From an uncultured Thermoplasmata archaeon (lineage in GTDB: Archaea > Thermoplasmatota > Thermoplasmata > RBG-16-68-12), in assembly GCA_963768855.1 (NCBI GenBank), contig CAVYJM010000006.1:1024001-1088000 (forward strand): 64,000 nt of DNA. The letters are read 5' to 3'. The position numbers were made by a program, and so were the translations under genes. Below, piece after piece: positions 41,486 to 49,186 of this stretch (positions within the stretch are counted from its first letter, which is position 1; each line of letters begins with the position of its first letter). The notes under the pieces are model-generated. The model was not told where the DNA came from and ran no database searches. It worked only from the letters and a program-made list of their open reading frames with translations.

Positions 41486-42463
41486 ATGCTACGCAGGTAC
41501 CTAGTGACCCGGCTTTTGCAGATAGTACCCGTACTGTTCGCGATTGTCACTATCGACTTTCTCATTATACATCTGGTTCCAGGAGACCCGGCAATCGCAC
41601 TCGCTGGGCCCAACGCCAACCCTGACTTCATAGCAGCAATCCACCGGGAATTCGGTTTCGACAAACCGCTCTACGAACAGTACTTCATCTATATTCTCAA
41701 CCTCATGCAAGGCAACCTCGGTATCTCCGTTGCGCAGCACCGCCCAGTTCTCGACACGATCTTGGAGCGGCTTGGACCCACCCTGCTCCTCATGCTAACA
41801 GCCTGGTTCGTGTCGCTTGGCCTTGGAATCTACCTTGGGACGAAGTCTGGAATGAGACAAGGTTCTCTTTGGGACCGCTCAATGTCTCTTTTTGCGCTAA
41901 CAATCTACTCAATCCCTGTCTTCTGGCTCTCCCTCATGACAGTGACGCTGCTCGCGCTTCGGTTTCCCGTCTTTCCAGTATCGGGAATGGTGGACCTAAG
42001 ATACCCTAGCCAAGGGATAGGTCTCGTTATTGACCTAGGTCGACACATGGTTCTTCCACTGATCAGCATGGTTGCATTCTACATGCCACAATTCTATCAG
42101 CTGACTCGTTCCGGCGTCGTCGAGACGCTCAATGAAGACTTCGTGACCACCCTTCGCGCGACAGGACTGAGGCAAACCCCCGTGTTCTCGCGCTATGTCC
42201 TGAAGAACGCCTCTTTGCCAACGGTGACCCTGGCGGGGCTATGGTTGGGCTACGCCCTGACTGGCGCGGTACTTATCGAAGTGATTTTCGCCTGGCCTGG
42301 GCTCGGACGACTGCTGTTTGACTCGGCGCTGGCACGCGACTACCCAGTGCTCCTGGGTGTATTCATATTCGCCTCGGTCATGGTCGTTTTCGTGGCTTTG
42401 ATTACAGACCTGCTGTATGTGTACCTGGATCCCCGGATGCGCTACGGCAAGGAGCAAGTTTGA
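41486..42463 (+). CDS. oligopeptide ABC permease (DppB/OppB-like)
   Basis: RRYLVTRL, PGDPA, GFDKPLYEQY, LIEVIFAWPGLG, DYPV, LDPRMR. Confidence 0.94.
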   Translation: MLRRYLVTRLLQIVPVLFAIVTIDFLIIHLVPGDPAIALAGPNANPDFIAAIHREFGFDKPLYEQYFIYILNLMQGNLGISVAQHRPVLDTILERLGPTLLLMLTAWFVSLGLGIYLGTKSGMRQGSLWDRSMSLFALTIYSIPVFWLSLMTVTLLALRFPVFPVSGMVDLRYPSQGIGLVIDLGRHMVLPLISMVAFYMPQFYQLTRSGVVETLNEDFVTTLRATGLRQTPVFSRYVLKNASLPTVTLAGLWLGYALTGAVLIEVIFAWPGLGRLLFDSALARDYPVLLGVFIFASVMVVFVALITDLLYVYLDPRMRYGKEQV

Positions 42464-42615
42464 GTCAGACTCTGGCCGCGCCCCGCTGATGATGCGGAGG
42501 TCAGCTGCCAAGCTGGACCAGTTCTCAGGTCATGTGCGGTTCGTGCTGCTGATTGAGTGCGGACCGTGTGTGCCCGCGGCTGGTGACCCGCTTGTCTCGA
42601 GGATCAAGTTGTGGT

Positions 42616-43653
42616 CTACCCTGCAATCGGCCCTATGGCAAGGTCCGGATGGACTATCTTCCCGTCCTTGACGACGCACTCATCGTCCAAGAACATGCTC
42701 TGCTTCATGAGCATGGTGTCCAGGTGCGACCTCGCCTTGTTCTTGCCTCCCAGACCGCGGAAGATGTTGGCACCGAGCGCGAAATTGATGCATCCCTCGA
42801 TGCTCTCGACCTCCTGAGCCTGGTCGATACTCGCCCGCGGATCCCCCCCGAATCCTATGTGCGAAACAATGTAGCTATTGGGGTCTCCGAACGAGGCCAG
42901 CCAGTTCTCCATGCGTCTCGCGTCGGCACGTCCTTGGATTTCCATCGCTCGCCCCTTCTTGAGTTTGATGGCAAACTGGTCAGAAACGAGTATCTCCTGA
43001 GGCGTGGTCCACACAAAGTCGCCGGGTTCTACAACGAGCGTGCCTTCCACGGACCCTTCAATCGGTGCGCATGCGAATATAGAGGAGGGTGTGCTGTCCC
43101 ACTCACCGGGTTTCCGGGCAATTCCATCCTGCCCCCAGCCATTTCGACCCTCGACGTTCGCAACCACGTTGGTGCCGTTGTCCGAAGTGATTCGAATCTG
43201 CTTCGCCTTCGTGAGCATTTTGGCCACACGCTGTGCCCGCTGGACCAGTGCCTCCGTGGGCGGCATCTTCACGAGGGTATGCTCAGTGGAAAGGACCTGA
43301 AGGACTCTCCCCCCCGAGTCGAGGATCTCGTTGAGTCCATTGGTGTACAACCACTGCTCAGACGAGAGATCTGCAACCATCTTCGCACCTTTCATCGCGA
43401 GCAGGGCGGGAGGACTCGGTTCCTGAAGCATCTTGTGCGGCGCAGGAATGGTCAGCATGAGCGGCTCCAAGTCCAGCGCCAGCGCCGCGCCAAAGAAACC
43501 CTCCACCAGAGCCGGGGACTTGCCTGTGTCGGTATATATCGCAAGCAGGTCACCCGGTCGCAGTTCACACAGACTTAGTATCTTCCGTATGCTTCGCAGT
43601 GCCTCCAATCTGTACAAACTCAAATCCTCACCCCGCGTCCAGACGTGGTCCAT
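42616..43653 (-). CDS. NicX-like / M29-fold metalloenzyme
   Basis: GIARKPGEWD..PS, SHIGFGGDPRA, SHLD, LDDECVVKDG parallel the recalled NicX motifs. Confidence 0.7.
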   Translation of the reverse strand: MDHVWTRGEDLSLYRLEALRSIRKILSLCELRPGDLLAIYTDTGKSPALVEGFFGAALALDLEPLMLTIPAPHKMLQEPSPPALLAMKGAKMVADLSSEQWLYTNGLNEILDSGGRVLQVLSTEHTLVKMPPTEALVQRAQRVAKMLTKAKQIRITSDNGTNVVANVEGRNGWGQDGIARKPGEWDSTPSSIFACAPIEGSVEGTLVVEPGDFVWTTPQEILVSDQFAIKLKKGRAMEIQGRADARRMENWLASFGDPNSYIVSHIGFGGDPRASIDQAQEVESIEGCINFALGANIFRGLGGKNKARSHLDTMLMKQSMFLDDECVVKDGKIVHPDLAIGPIAG

Positions 43654-44051
43654 TCAATGGCCGGTCTGTAGTCAGCGGGATGGGCAATCTGAGTCATAAG
43701 CCTTTCCAGAGGGGACCTTACCCCTGGGACTCCGCATCGGCCTCAGTGGCCGTTGAACCCGCATTACGGAAATGTGACTCGGCCGGGTCTGGCAGAAGTT
43801 ACCCAGGTTTGGATACGCCTTTGCCTGCCGCTTCCCAGGTTTCACTAATGTTCGATCCGTTTCGACCTTGTGTTAAGTCCGAGTGTCGGTGCGGCAGTTT
43901 TATGTCGGTGCATAACCATATCGTATCGGAGGTCTGTGGGGTCCGGCACCTCCTCCAGGTTGTCCCTAACTCGTTAACCCACGCGGACTCCCGGCCTCCC
44001 TTCGCATGCCTGACCAGTACTGTTCTAGAGGAAGTCTGTGGAGTTGTCGAG

Positions 44052-44697
44052 GCGAAGAAGCTCAGCATCCTTGGAAGCGGGGACGTGGCACAGGCGCTTG
44101 GTCGCGTTTCGCTCGACATGGGCGGGAGGTGATGCTGGGCTCACGGACGCCGAACAGCAAGAGGCTGACGAGATGGGCTAGGACCTCTGGATGCAGAGCC
44201 CACACCGGCACACTAGACGAAGCCGTTGCATTCGGAGACGTCGTGCTTCTGGCGCTGCGTGGCACAGCTACGGTGGAAGTCGTCGGACGTCTCGTTCCTT
44301 CAGACCTCGTAGCAAGCTTGTGCTCGATGTGACGGACCCAATCGACTATTCGGCAGATCGCCCCTACGGTCTGTTTATTGGAAACACAGATTCCCCCGGC
44401 GAACGGGTGCAGCGCGCGCTCTCAAGCTCGTTCGTGGTGAAGTGCTTTAATGCGGTTAACAACAGCCAGATGATAGACCCTGAGTTTTCGGAGACAACGC
44501 CTCCTATGTTTATCCGTGGCGACAGTGCTGGGGCGAAGAAGCGCACGGCGCCTATTCTGCGTGAGCTTGGTTCGCCGGCGGCGATCGACGTTGGCCATAT
44601 CGAAGCGGCGCGGTGGCTTGAGACGCTCGTGCCTCTGTTCATTCGTGTCGGAACTCGGCTGCGAACCGTGCGCCAAGCATTCAAGGTCGTGACCTGA
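44052..44697 (+). pseudogene. frameshifted NADP oxidoreductase (F420-dependent NADP reductase-like)
   Basis: KLSILGSGDVAQALG (frame A), ARHG.EVMLGSR (frame B), KLVLDVTDP..VVKCFN..DVG.IEAARWLE (frame C): two 1-nt deletions near 44106 and 44311; no clear start codon. Confidence 0.85.
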
Positions 44698-45447
44698 GAC
44701 TGCGTCGGCGAACTTCCGACCGAATAGCCCCCACTTCAATGCACATGCGGGGGTTTCATCCGAGCTGGAAAGTCACAAACACCGGGGACACGTACACGAT
44801 GAAGAACGGCCAGGTGAGACGCAGGAGCACATCTGGCGCCTGCCCCGTCCTATTCCACCGAGATTCGACAGGGGCTGGTTCGCAATAGCAGCCGGAGCCG
44901 TTGTAGACTGTGAGTAGCATCCTAGCCCTAGCGTCACGTGGGCAGGCCACGACAATCGGATGCATATTTCAGGTCCCTGTGCACCGAGCAGGTTGCGTTC
45001 GTACGATGGTGTGCCGGATGGGCAGAGCGTGAGAGTTAACGGGCGAAGGCCTTTCGGCTCCGGTTCAGGGACGCATGATGGAGCCCCATCTGGGCATCCG
45101 CCTCGGATGAGCCCTAAGGGGCAGGCTGACGCCAGAGCACCCGAAAGATGGACGGGGCGGGGTCCTTGCAGAGCCTAGGGTACAGGGACAGGAGCCGATA
45201 GTCGAGCGCGGTTGCGGTCTCTAGATTCGCCGGAGATGCGCACCTACCCCTCCCTAAGAACGAATCCTGCCCCGGACGCTCTCAGAAAAGGCCGAGTGCC
45301 GATTCTGGAGTCAACGCTGTGAGTGGACCCTGACGGATCGGAACTGCCTTTCGATGGCAGATCGGGGTCGAAAAAGGGGAAGGGGGAGGCGATTGCCCGC
45401 CTCCATGATGGGACATACCGGGAGACGGACTCTTGGGCCGTTGCCTC

Positions 45448-45471
45448 CAATTGGACTCCGTCCACTCCTAG
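45448..45471. repeat. right arm inverted repeat CAATTGGACTCCGTCCACTCCTAG
   Basis: 21/24 match to the reverse complement of 17477..17500; ends 5 nt before attR. Confidence 0.8.
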
Positions 45472-45476
45472 TGTGG

Positions 45477-45498
45477 TCGAATCCGCACGACGGCGCTC
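45477..45498 (+). repeat. attR core, 22 bp
   Basis: Exact copy of 17452..17473. Confidence 0.92.
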
Positions 45499-45533
45499 TT
45501 CTCGGTGTCAGCGCTCCGCTCTCGTCGCCCCGA

Positions 45534-45553
45534 AGCGGCCGGAACGGCTATGC
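45534..45553 (+). promoter_or_regulatory. repeated motif AGCGGCCGGAACGGCTATGC, putative BRE-TATA promoter
   Basis: Exact 20-nt copy at 46735..46754, degenerate copy at 47169..47182; each 24-25 nt before an ATG. Confidence 0.6.
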
Positions 45554-45577
45554 TAGGACGGGTCGATGGCGATGAAG

Positions 45578-46366
45578 ATGGGGCCTCGCGAGCGGGTCTC
45601 CTCCGTGGTCAGGACGGGTGCCATCCTCCTCCTCGGGGGTTTGGGCACCGTTCTGGACGTTCTCTTCGTCAGTTGCATCCCTCCCTGGATGTGCGTCCCG
45701 TTGCCTGCGGTGCCTATCGTCCTGCCCTTGTTCCCCTTCTTCGCCGGAGTCTTTCTTATTATCGCAGGTCTCTGGCGCGAAACGGAGGACGCAGAGAGAC
45801 GCGAACGCACTGCGAGAGAGCGGCGCTCCGCGCTGACCGTTTCCGTGACGTTGCTCATCGCACTCACTCTCGTCGTGGCCTGGGGACTGGGGGCCTTCGG
45901 GCCGCCTTTCGGAAGCCAACCGGGTCCGTTCTGCGGTGTCATTGGCCCGGCCACCAACAAACCATTTGGGACCTTCTATCTCCCAAACGCGACGACCTCG
46001 GCCGTGGAGATTGCGGTCGCCTCATGCATAGCCGAGGCGGTGTGCGCGGGATTCGCCTCTAGGCAACGCGACGCGTATCCGTGGCAGGAGCTTCCCAAAG
46101 GGGTTTCTTCGCCATGTGAAGATGAACAGCCACTCTCCCGTGTACTCGCACAAGTTGTCGAGGATTGCAAAGTACTCGTCATCGTCCACGATGTGGAACA
46201 AGAGATCCAAACAAAAGACAACCCTGCGTCGGACCTTGATGCGAACCGAAGCGGTCGCAGCAATGAACGCCCAAGTCGGTCGTCGCTGCCGATTTCGAAC
46301 GAGGACCGAAGGCACGATGTCGATGCCCACATAGGATGCACAGTTGCGGCCCTCCCAAAAAGATAG
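45578..46366 (+). CDS. hypothetical membrane protein (3 TM, Cys-bounded loop); 3' end doubtful
   Basis: Hydrophobic helices in the first ~110 aa; last ~115 codons overlap the antisense methyltransferase. Confidence 0.55.
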   Translation: MGPRERVSSVVRTGAILLLGGLGTVLDVLFVSCIPPWMCVPLPAVPIVLPLFPFFAGVFLIIAGLWRETEDAERRERTARERRSALTVSVTLLIALTLVVAWGLGAFGPPFGSQPGPFCGVIGPATNKPFGTFYLPNATTSAVEIAVASCIAEAVCAGFASRQRDAYPWQELPKGVSSPCEDEQPLSRVLAQVVEDCKVLVIVHDVEQEIQTKDNPASDLDANRSGRSNERPSRSSLPISNEDRRHDVDAHIGCTVAALPKR

Positions 46367-46531
46367 GTCACCACAACCCACGTCCAAGACCTCCTCGGGA
46401 TCGCCAACATACCGGCGAATAATTCGCCACTTCCATTCGCGGATTCTGCCAATGCTCCCGGCTCCACTCGTCCCTCCGGTGGCATAGCGTTGTTCCCAGT
46501 ATGTCGCCGCGCCTTCCGACGCAGGGGTCAT
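46022..46531 (-). CDS. class I SAM-dependent methyltransferase, possibly 3' truncated
   Basis: YWEQRY..GGTSG.GS, VLDVGCGD, YVGIDI, CLDLLFHI. Confidence 0.75.
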   Translation of the reverse strand: MTPASEGAATYWEQRYATGGTSGAGSIGRIREWKWRIIRRYVGDPEEVLDVGCGDLSFWEGRNCASYVGIDIVPSVLVRNRQRRPTWAFIAATASVRIKVRRRVVFCLDLLFHIVDDDEYFAILDNLCEYTGEWLFIFTWRRNPFGKLLPRIRVALPRGESRAHRLGYA

Positions 46532-46684
46532 CGTCGGCGGGGAGGATTTACCCTGTCTATCAAGCTGTTGTCCGGCTCGGGGTGCGGGGTGATTTAGAAT
46601 ACCAGGGATCGGGCAGAATTTCGGCGGGCCTGGTCGGGTACCTGGTCTGGGGGTCAAGCTCGCCATCTCACATGGGAAAGCGAC

Positions 46685-46699
46685 CCGCACGACGGCGCT
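46685..46699 (+). repeat. third, partial att copy CCGCACGACGGCGCT (15 bp)
   Basis: Exact match to 17458..17472 and 45483..45497. Confidence 0.75.
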
Positions 46700-46779
46700 T
46701 TACTGAGTCGAAGCGGGCGCCTCGTGGCCCTCCGAGCGGCCGGAACGGCTATGCGGGCACAGGATGATTGTGTCGCGGC

Positions 46780-47136
46780 ATGGACGAGGGCTGGAGGAAT
46801 GCGCGGGCTCGCGCAATGAAGTACGCACGGCTGAAAGTGCACGTCCTCTTCGTGGGGGTTTACCTTGGGTTGGGCTTGTCATTTCTGCTCTCCTTCGACA
46901 ACCCCCGCCCCGCGTTGATCACTTGGGCGGTCTCGTTCATTCCTTCTTTCGCGGCAATATACTACGTTTCTTCCGTTCGGGGATGGGACGTTCCCAGGGA
47001 CTTCGTCTGTCCCGGATGCAAGCAATACATTCCTTTCGACTCTGAGTCGTGTTCCATGTGTGGGTACCGTCCTCCGTCCGCGCCAGACACCAGGGCTCCT
47101 CATATCACCGCTCGGAGGGTCCCGAAGTCCAAGTGA
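46780..47136 (+). CDS. small membrane protein with C-terminal zinc ribbon
   Basis: 2 TM helices, CPGC..CSMCG. Confidence 0.7.
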   Translation: MDEGWRNARARAMKYARLKVHVLFVGVYLGLGLSFLLSFDNPRPALITWAVSFIPSFAAIYYVSSVRGWDVPRDFVCPGCKQYIPFDSESCSMCGYRPPSAPDTRAPHITARRVPKSK

Positions 47137-47207
47137 TTCCTCTCGGCCAGGGTCAGCTGATGTTTTGTCGGAAGGACTATGCCGGGACCGAGCGATGCCG
47201 CCCCCGA

Positions 47208-47458
47208 ATGAACACGGGCCAGGTTCCGGGACTCGCCCTCATTGTCGCAGGACTTGGTCTGTTCACTCTCGGATTCCTTACCCAGAGTTGCCCGCCGGGA
47301 GCCACCGGTCCCCCCTCATCTTGTCCGGGCTCTCGACTACGGGAGGCGCCCTCAACTGCACGCGACCGGCGTTCCCCTTCGTCTTGCTGTTCTGGTTGCC
47401 CGGTGCCGTCCTCGTGGTCCTCGGAGCTGTCTCCTATCACCGAGCCGACAAGAAGTGA
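47208..47458 (+). pseudogene. small 2-TM Cys-loop membrane protein with one frameshift
   Basis: TM1-SCPP in one frame, C-TRPAFPFVLL-TM2-stop in the -1 frame; shift near the C6 run at 47310-47315 or the G run just after. Confidence 0.55.
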
Positions 47459-47518
47459 TTCGGGAGGGACTCTGAGAAGAGTGCCGCGCACCTCCTTGCC
47501 CACGATTGGCCGGGAGGC

Positions 47519-49042
47519 CTACCTCAGCGCCCCGACGACCTTCTCCACCGCGCCCAGCACTTCTCCGGATCGTGCGGCCTTCGTCAGGTCGTTGATGTCG
47601 GAGTAGATCGGCCGGTCCTCTTCCAGCTTCGTCACGTGCTTCCGGATCACCTCGTAGGCCGCGTGGCATCCTTTGGAGGGCTTCGCGGGCGCTCGGAACT
47701 CAAAGGCCTGGGCCGCGGCCATCAGCTCGATCGCAACGATGGTCCAGGAATTCTCGAGGATCTGCCTCGACTTGATCGCCGAGGTCATCCCCATGGAGAC
47801 GAAGTCCTCCTGGTCGGCCGCGGCCGGGATGGAACCCGTGGCGGCAGGGTGGGACAGGATCCGGTTCTCGGAAACCAGGGCTCCGGCCGTGTACTGGGAG
47901 AGCATGAGCCCCGAGAACATCCCCGCTCCCTTCGTCAGGAAGGCGGGCAGTCCCACCGAGAGGTGGGGGTTCATCAGGCGGTTCGTCCTCCGCTCGGAGA
48001 GGACGCCCACCGTCGTGACCACCATCCCAAGGACCTCCAGCGCGAAGGCCAGGGGCGTGCCCTGGAAGTTCGCGCCGGTGAGCACGAGCTCCTCGTCCGG
48101 GAAGAACGTGGGATTGTCGGCCGCGTGGTTGAGCTCGATCTCGAGCATGTGCCTCGTCCACACCAGGGCGTCCTTCGCAGCACCCACGACCTGGGGGCTG
48201 GACCTCAGGGAATACGCGTCCTGCACCTTCTTCCCGGGGCGCTTCAACAGCTCGGAGCCCTCCGTGATTCTCCGAACGTTCTCGGCGCAGGCTTGAGCGC
48301 CAGGATATCCTCGGACCTCGTGGACCCGGTGGTCGAAGGCCTGCATGTTCGCGTTGAGCGCCTCCAGCGTCATCGCCAAGGCGACCTCCTGGGTCTTGAG
48401 CCATCTCTCGGCGTCGACGAGCTGGATGCAACCCATGCCCGTGATGACGTTGGAGCCGTTGATCGCCGCGAGCCCGTCTCGTTCCTTGAACACGATCGAG
48501 GAGAGCCCGGCGGCCTTCAGCGCCTCGGCGCCTGGCATCCGCTTGCCCTGGTGGAAGGCCTCTCCTTCACCCATGAGGACCAGGGCCATCTGGGCCATCG
48601 GGGCAAGGTCTCCGGAGGACCCGACCGATCCCTTCTGACACATGACGGGGTTCACGCCCCGGTTGAGCATCTCGATCATCAGGTCCACGAGTTCGTGGCG
48701 GATGCCCGAATGGCCCCAGCAGTGGGTGTTCAAGCGGGAGAGGATCGCCGCCCGCGTGTCCTCCTCGGCCATCGGCTCTCCGCAGCCCGCCGCGTGGGAG
48801 TAGACCAGGAAGCGCTGGTACTTCTCGACCTGTTCCGGACTGAGGACGACCTCGGACAGCTCGCCGATTCCGGTGTTCACGCCGTACATGATTTCCTTGG
48901 CAACGATCTTGCGCTCCAGGAGCGCGCGGCACCTGTTGATCCGGTCAACTGCGTCCTTGCTGATCGAGATCGGTTCCCCGCCCCGGGCCACTCTGACGAC
49001 ATCCTCGGCCTTGAGAGAATGCCCGTCCAACATGACGACCAT
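47519..49042 (-). CDS. hutH: histidine ammonia-lyase (MIO enzyme, SSG variant)
   Basis: YGVNTG.G, YSHAAG (His-type SH), GSVGSSGDL, KERDGLA.ING, QDAYSLR, NFQG, QEDFVSMG. Confidence 0.88.
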   Translation of the reverse strand: MVVMLDGHSLKAEDVVRVARGGEPISISKDAVDRINRCRALLERKIVAKEIMYGVNTGIGELSEVVLSPEQVEKYQRFLVYSHAAGCGEPMAEEDTRAAILSRLNTHCWGHSGIRHELVDLMIEMLNRGVNPVMCQKGSVGSSGDLAPMAQMALVLMGEGEAFHQGKRMPGAEALKAAGLSSIVFKERDGLAAINGSNVITGMGCIQLVDAERWLKTQEVALAMTLEALNANMQAFDHRVHEVRGYPGAQACAENVRRITEGSELLKRPGKKVQDAYSLRSSPQVVGAAKDALVWTRHMLEIELNHAADNPTFFPDEELVLTGANFQGTPLAFALEVLGMVVTTVGVLSERRTNRLMNPHLSVGLPAFLTKGAGMFSGLMLSQYTAGALVSENRILSHPAATGSIPAAADQEDFVSMGMTSAIKSRQILENSWTIVAIELMAAAQAFEFRAPAKPSKGCHAAYEVIRKHVTKLEEDRPIYSDINDLTKAARSGEVLGAVEKVVGALR

Positions 49043-49186
49043 GACGATAACCCTCCGCGGCTGTGGATTTTGGGCGGCCAACACGGAGCCCACCTAAGTA
49101 CTTTCTCGGGGACGGGAACGCGGCCGAACAACGGCCTCATCGACCTCCACAGGGGGAACGCAGGAGCCTTTGCCGCCACGTGCTCC

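Larger units (their letters stand above)
17452..45498. mobile_element. 28 kb integrative genomic island in tRNA-Asn
   Basis: 22-bp direct repeats, integrase next to the tRNA, visibly more A/T-rich cargo than the flanks (not computed), pseudogenes. Confidence 0.92.

Noticed and set aside
20427-42463. Dpp remnant and intact cluster as an active invertible pair
   Set aside because: Copies are clearly diverged with only short identical runs; no invertase or exact inverted sites seen
44756-44965. 69-aa minus-strand ORF with CYC and a hydrophobic tail
   Set aside because: No SD or promoter support and no recognisable family; possibly a fragment
45323-45556. ORF crossing attR as the N-terminal piece of an SSV1-type split integrase
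   Set aside because: In the excised circle it would stop two codons after the core, and the integrase points the other way and looks complete
21643-49042. Complete ergothioneine degradation pathway (DUF917 + amidohydrolase + HAL-family lyase)
   Set aside because: The lyase retains a MIO-type motif and lies outside the island; no thiourocanate hydratase/urocanase gene in the window
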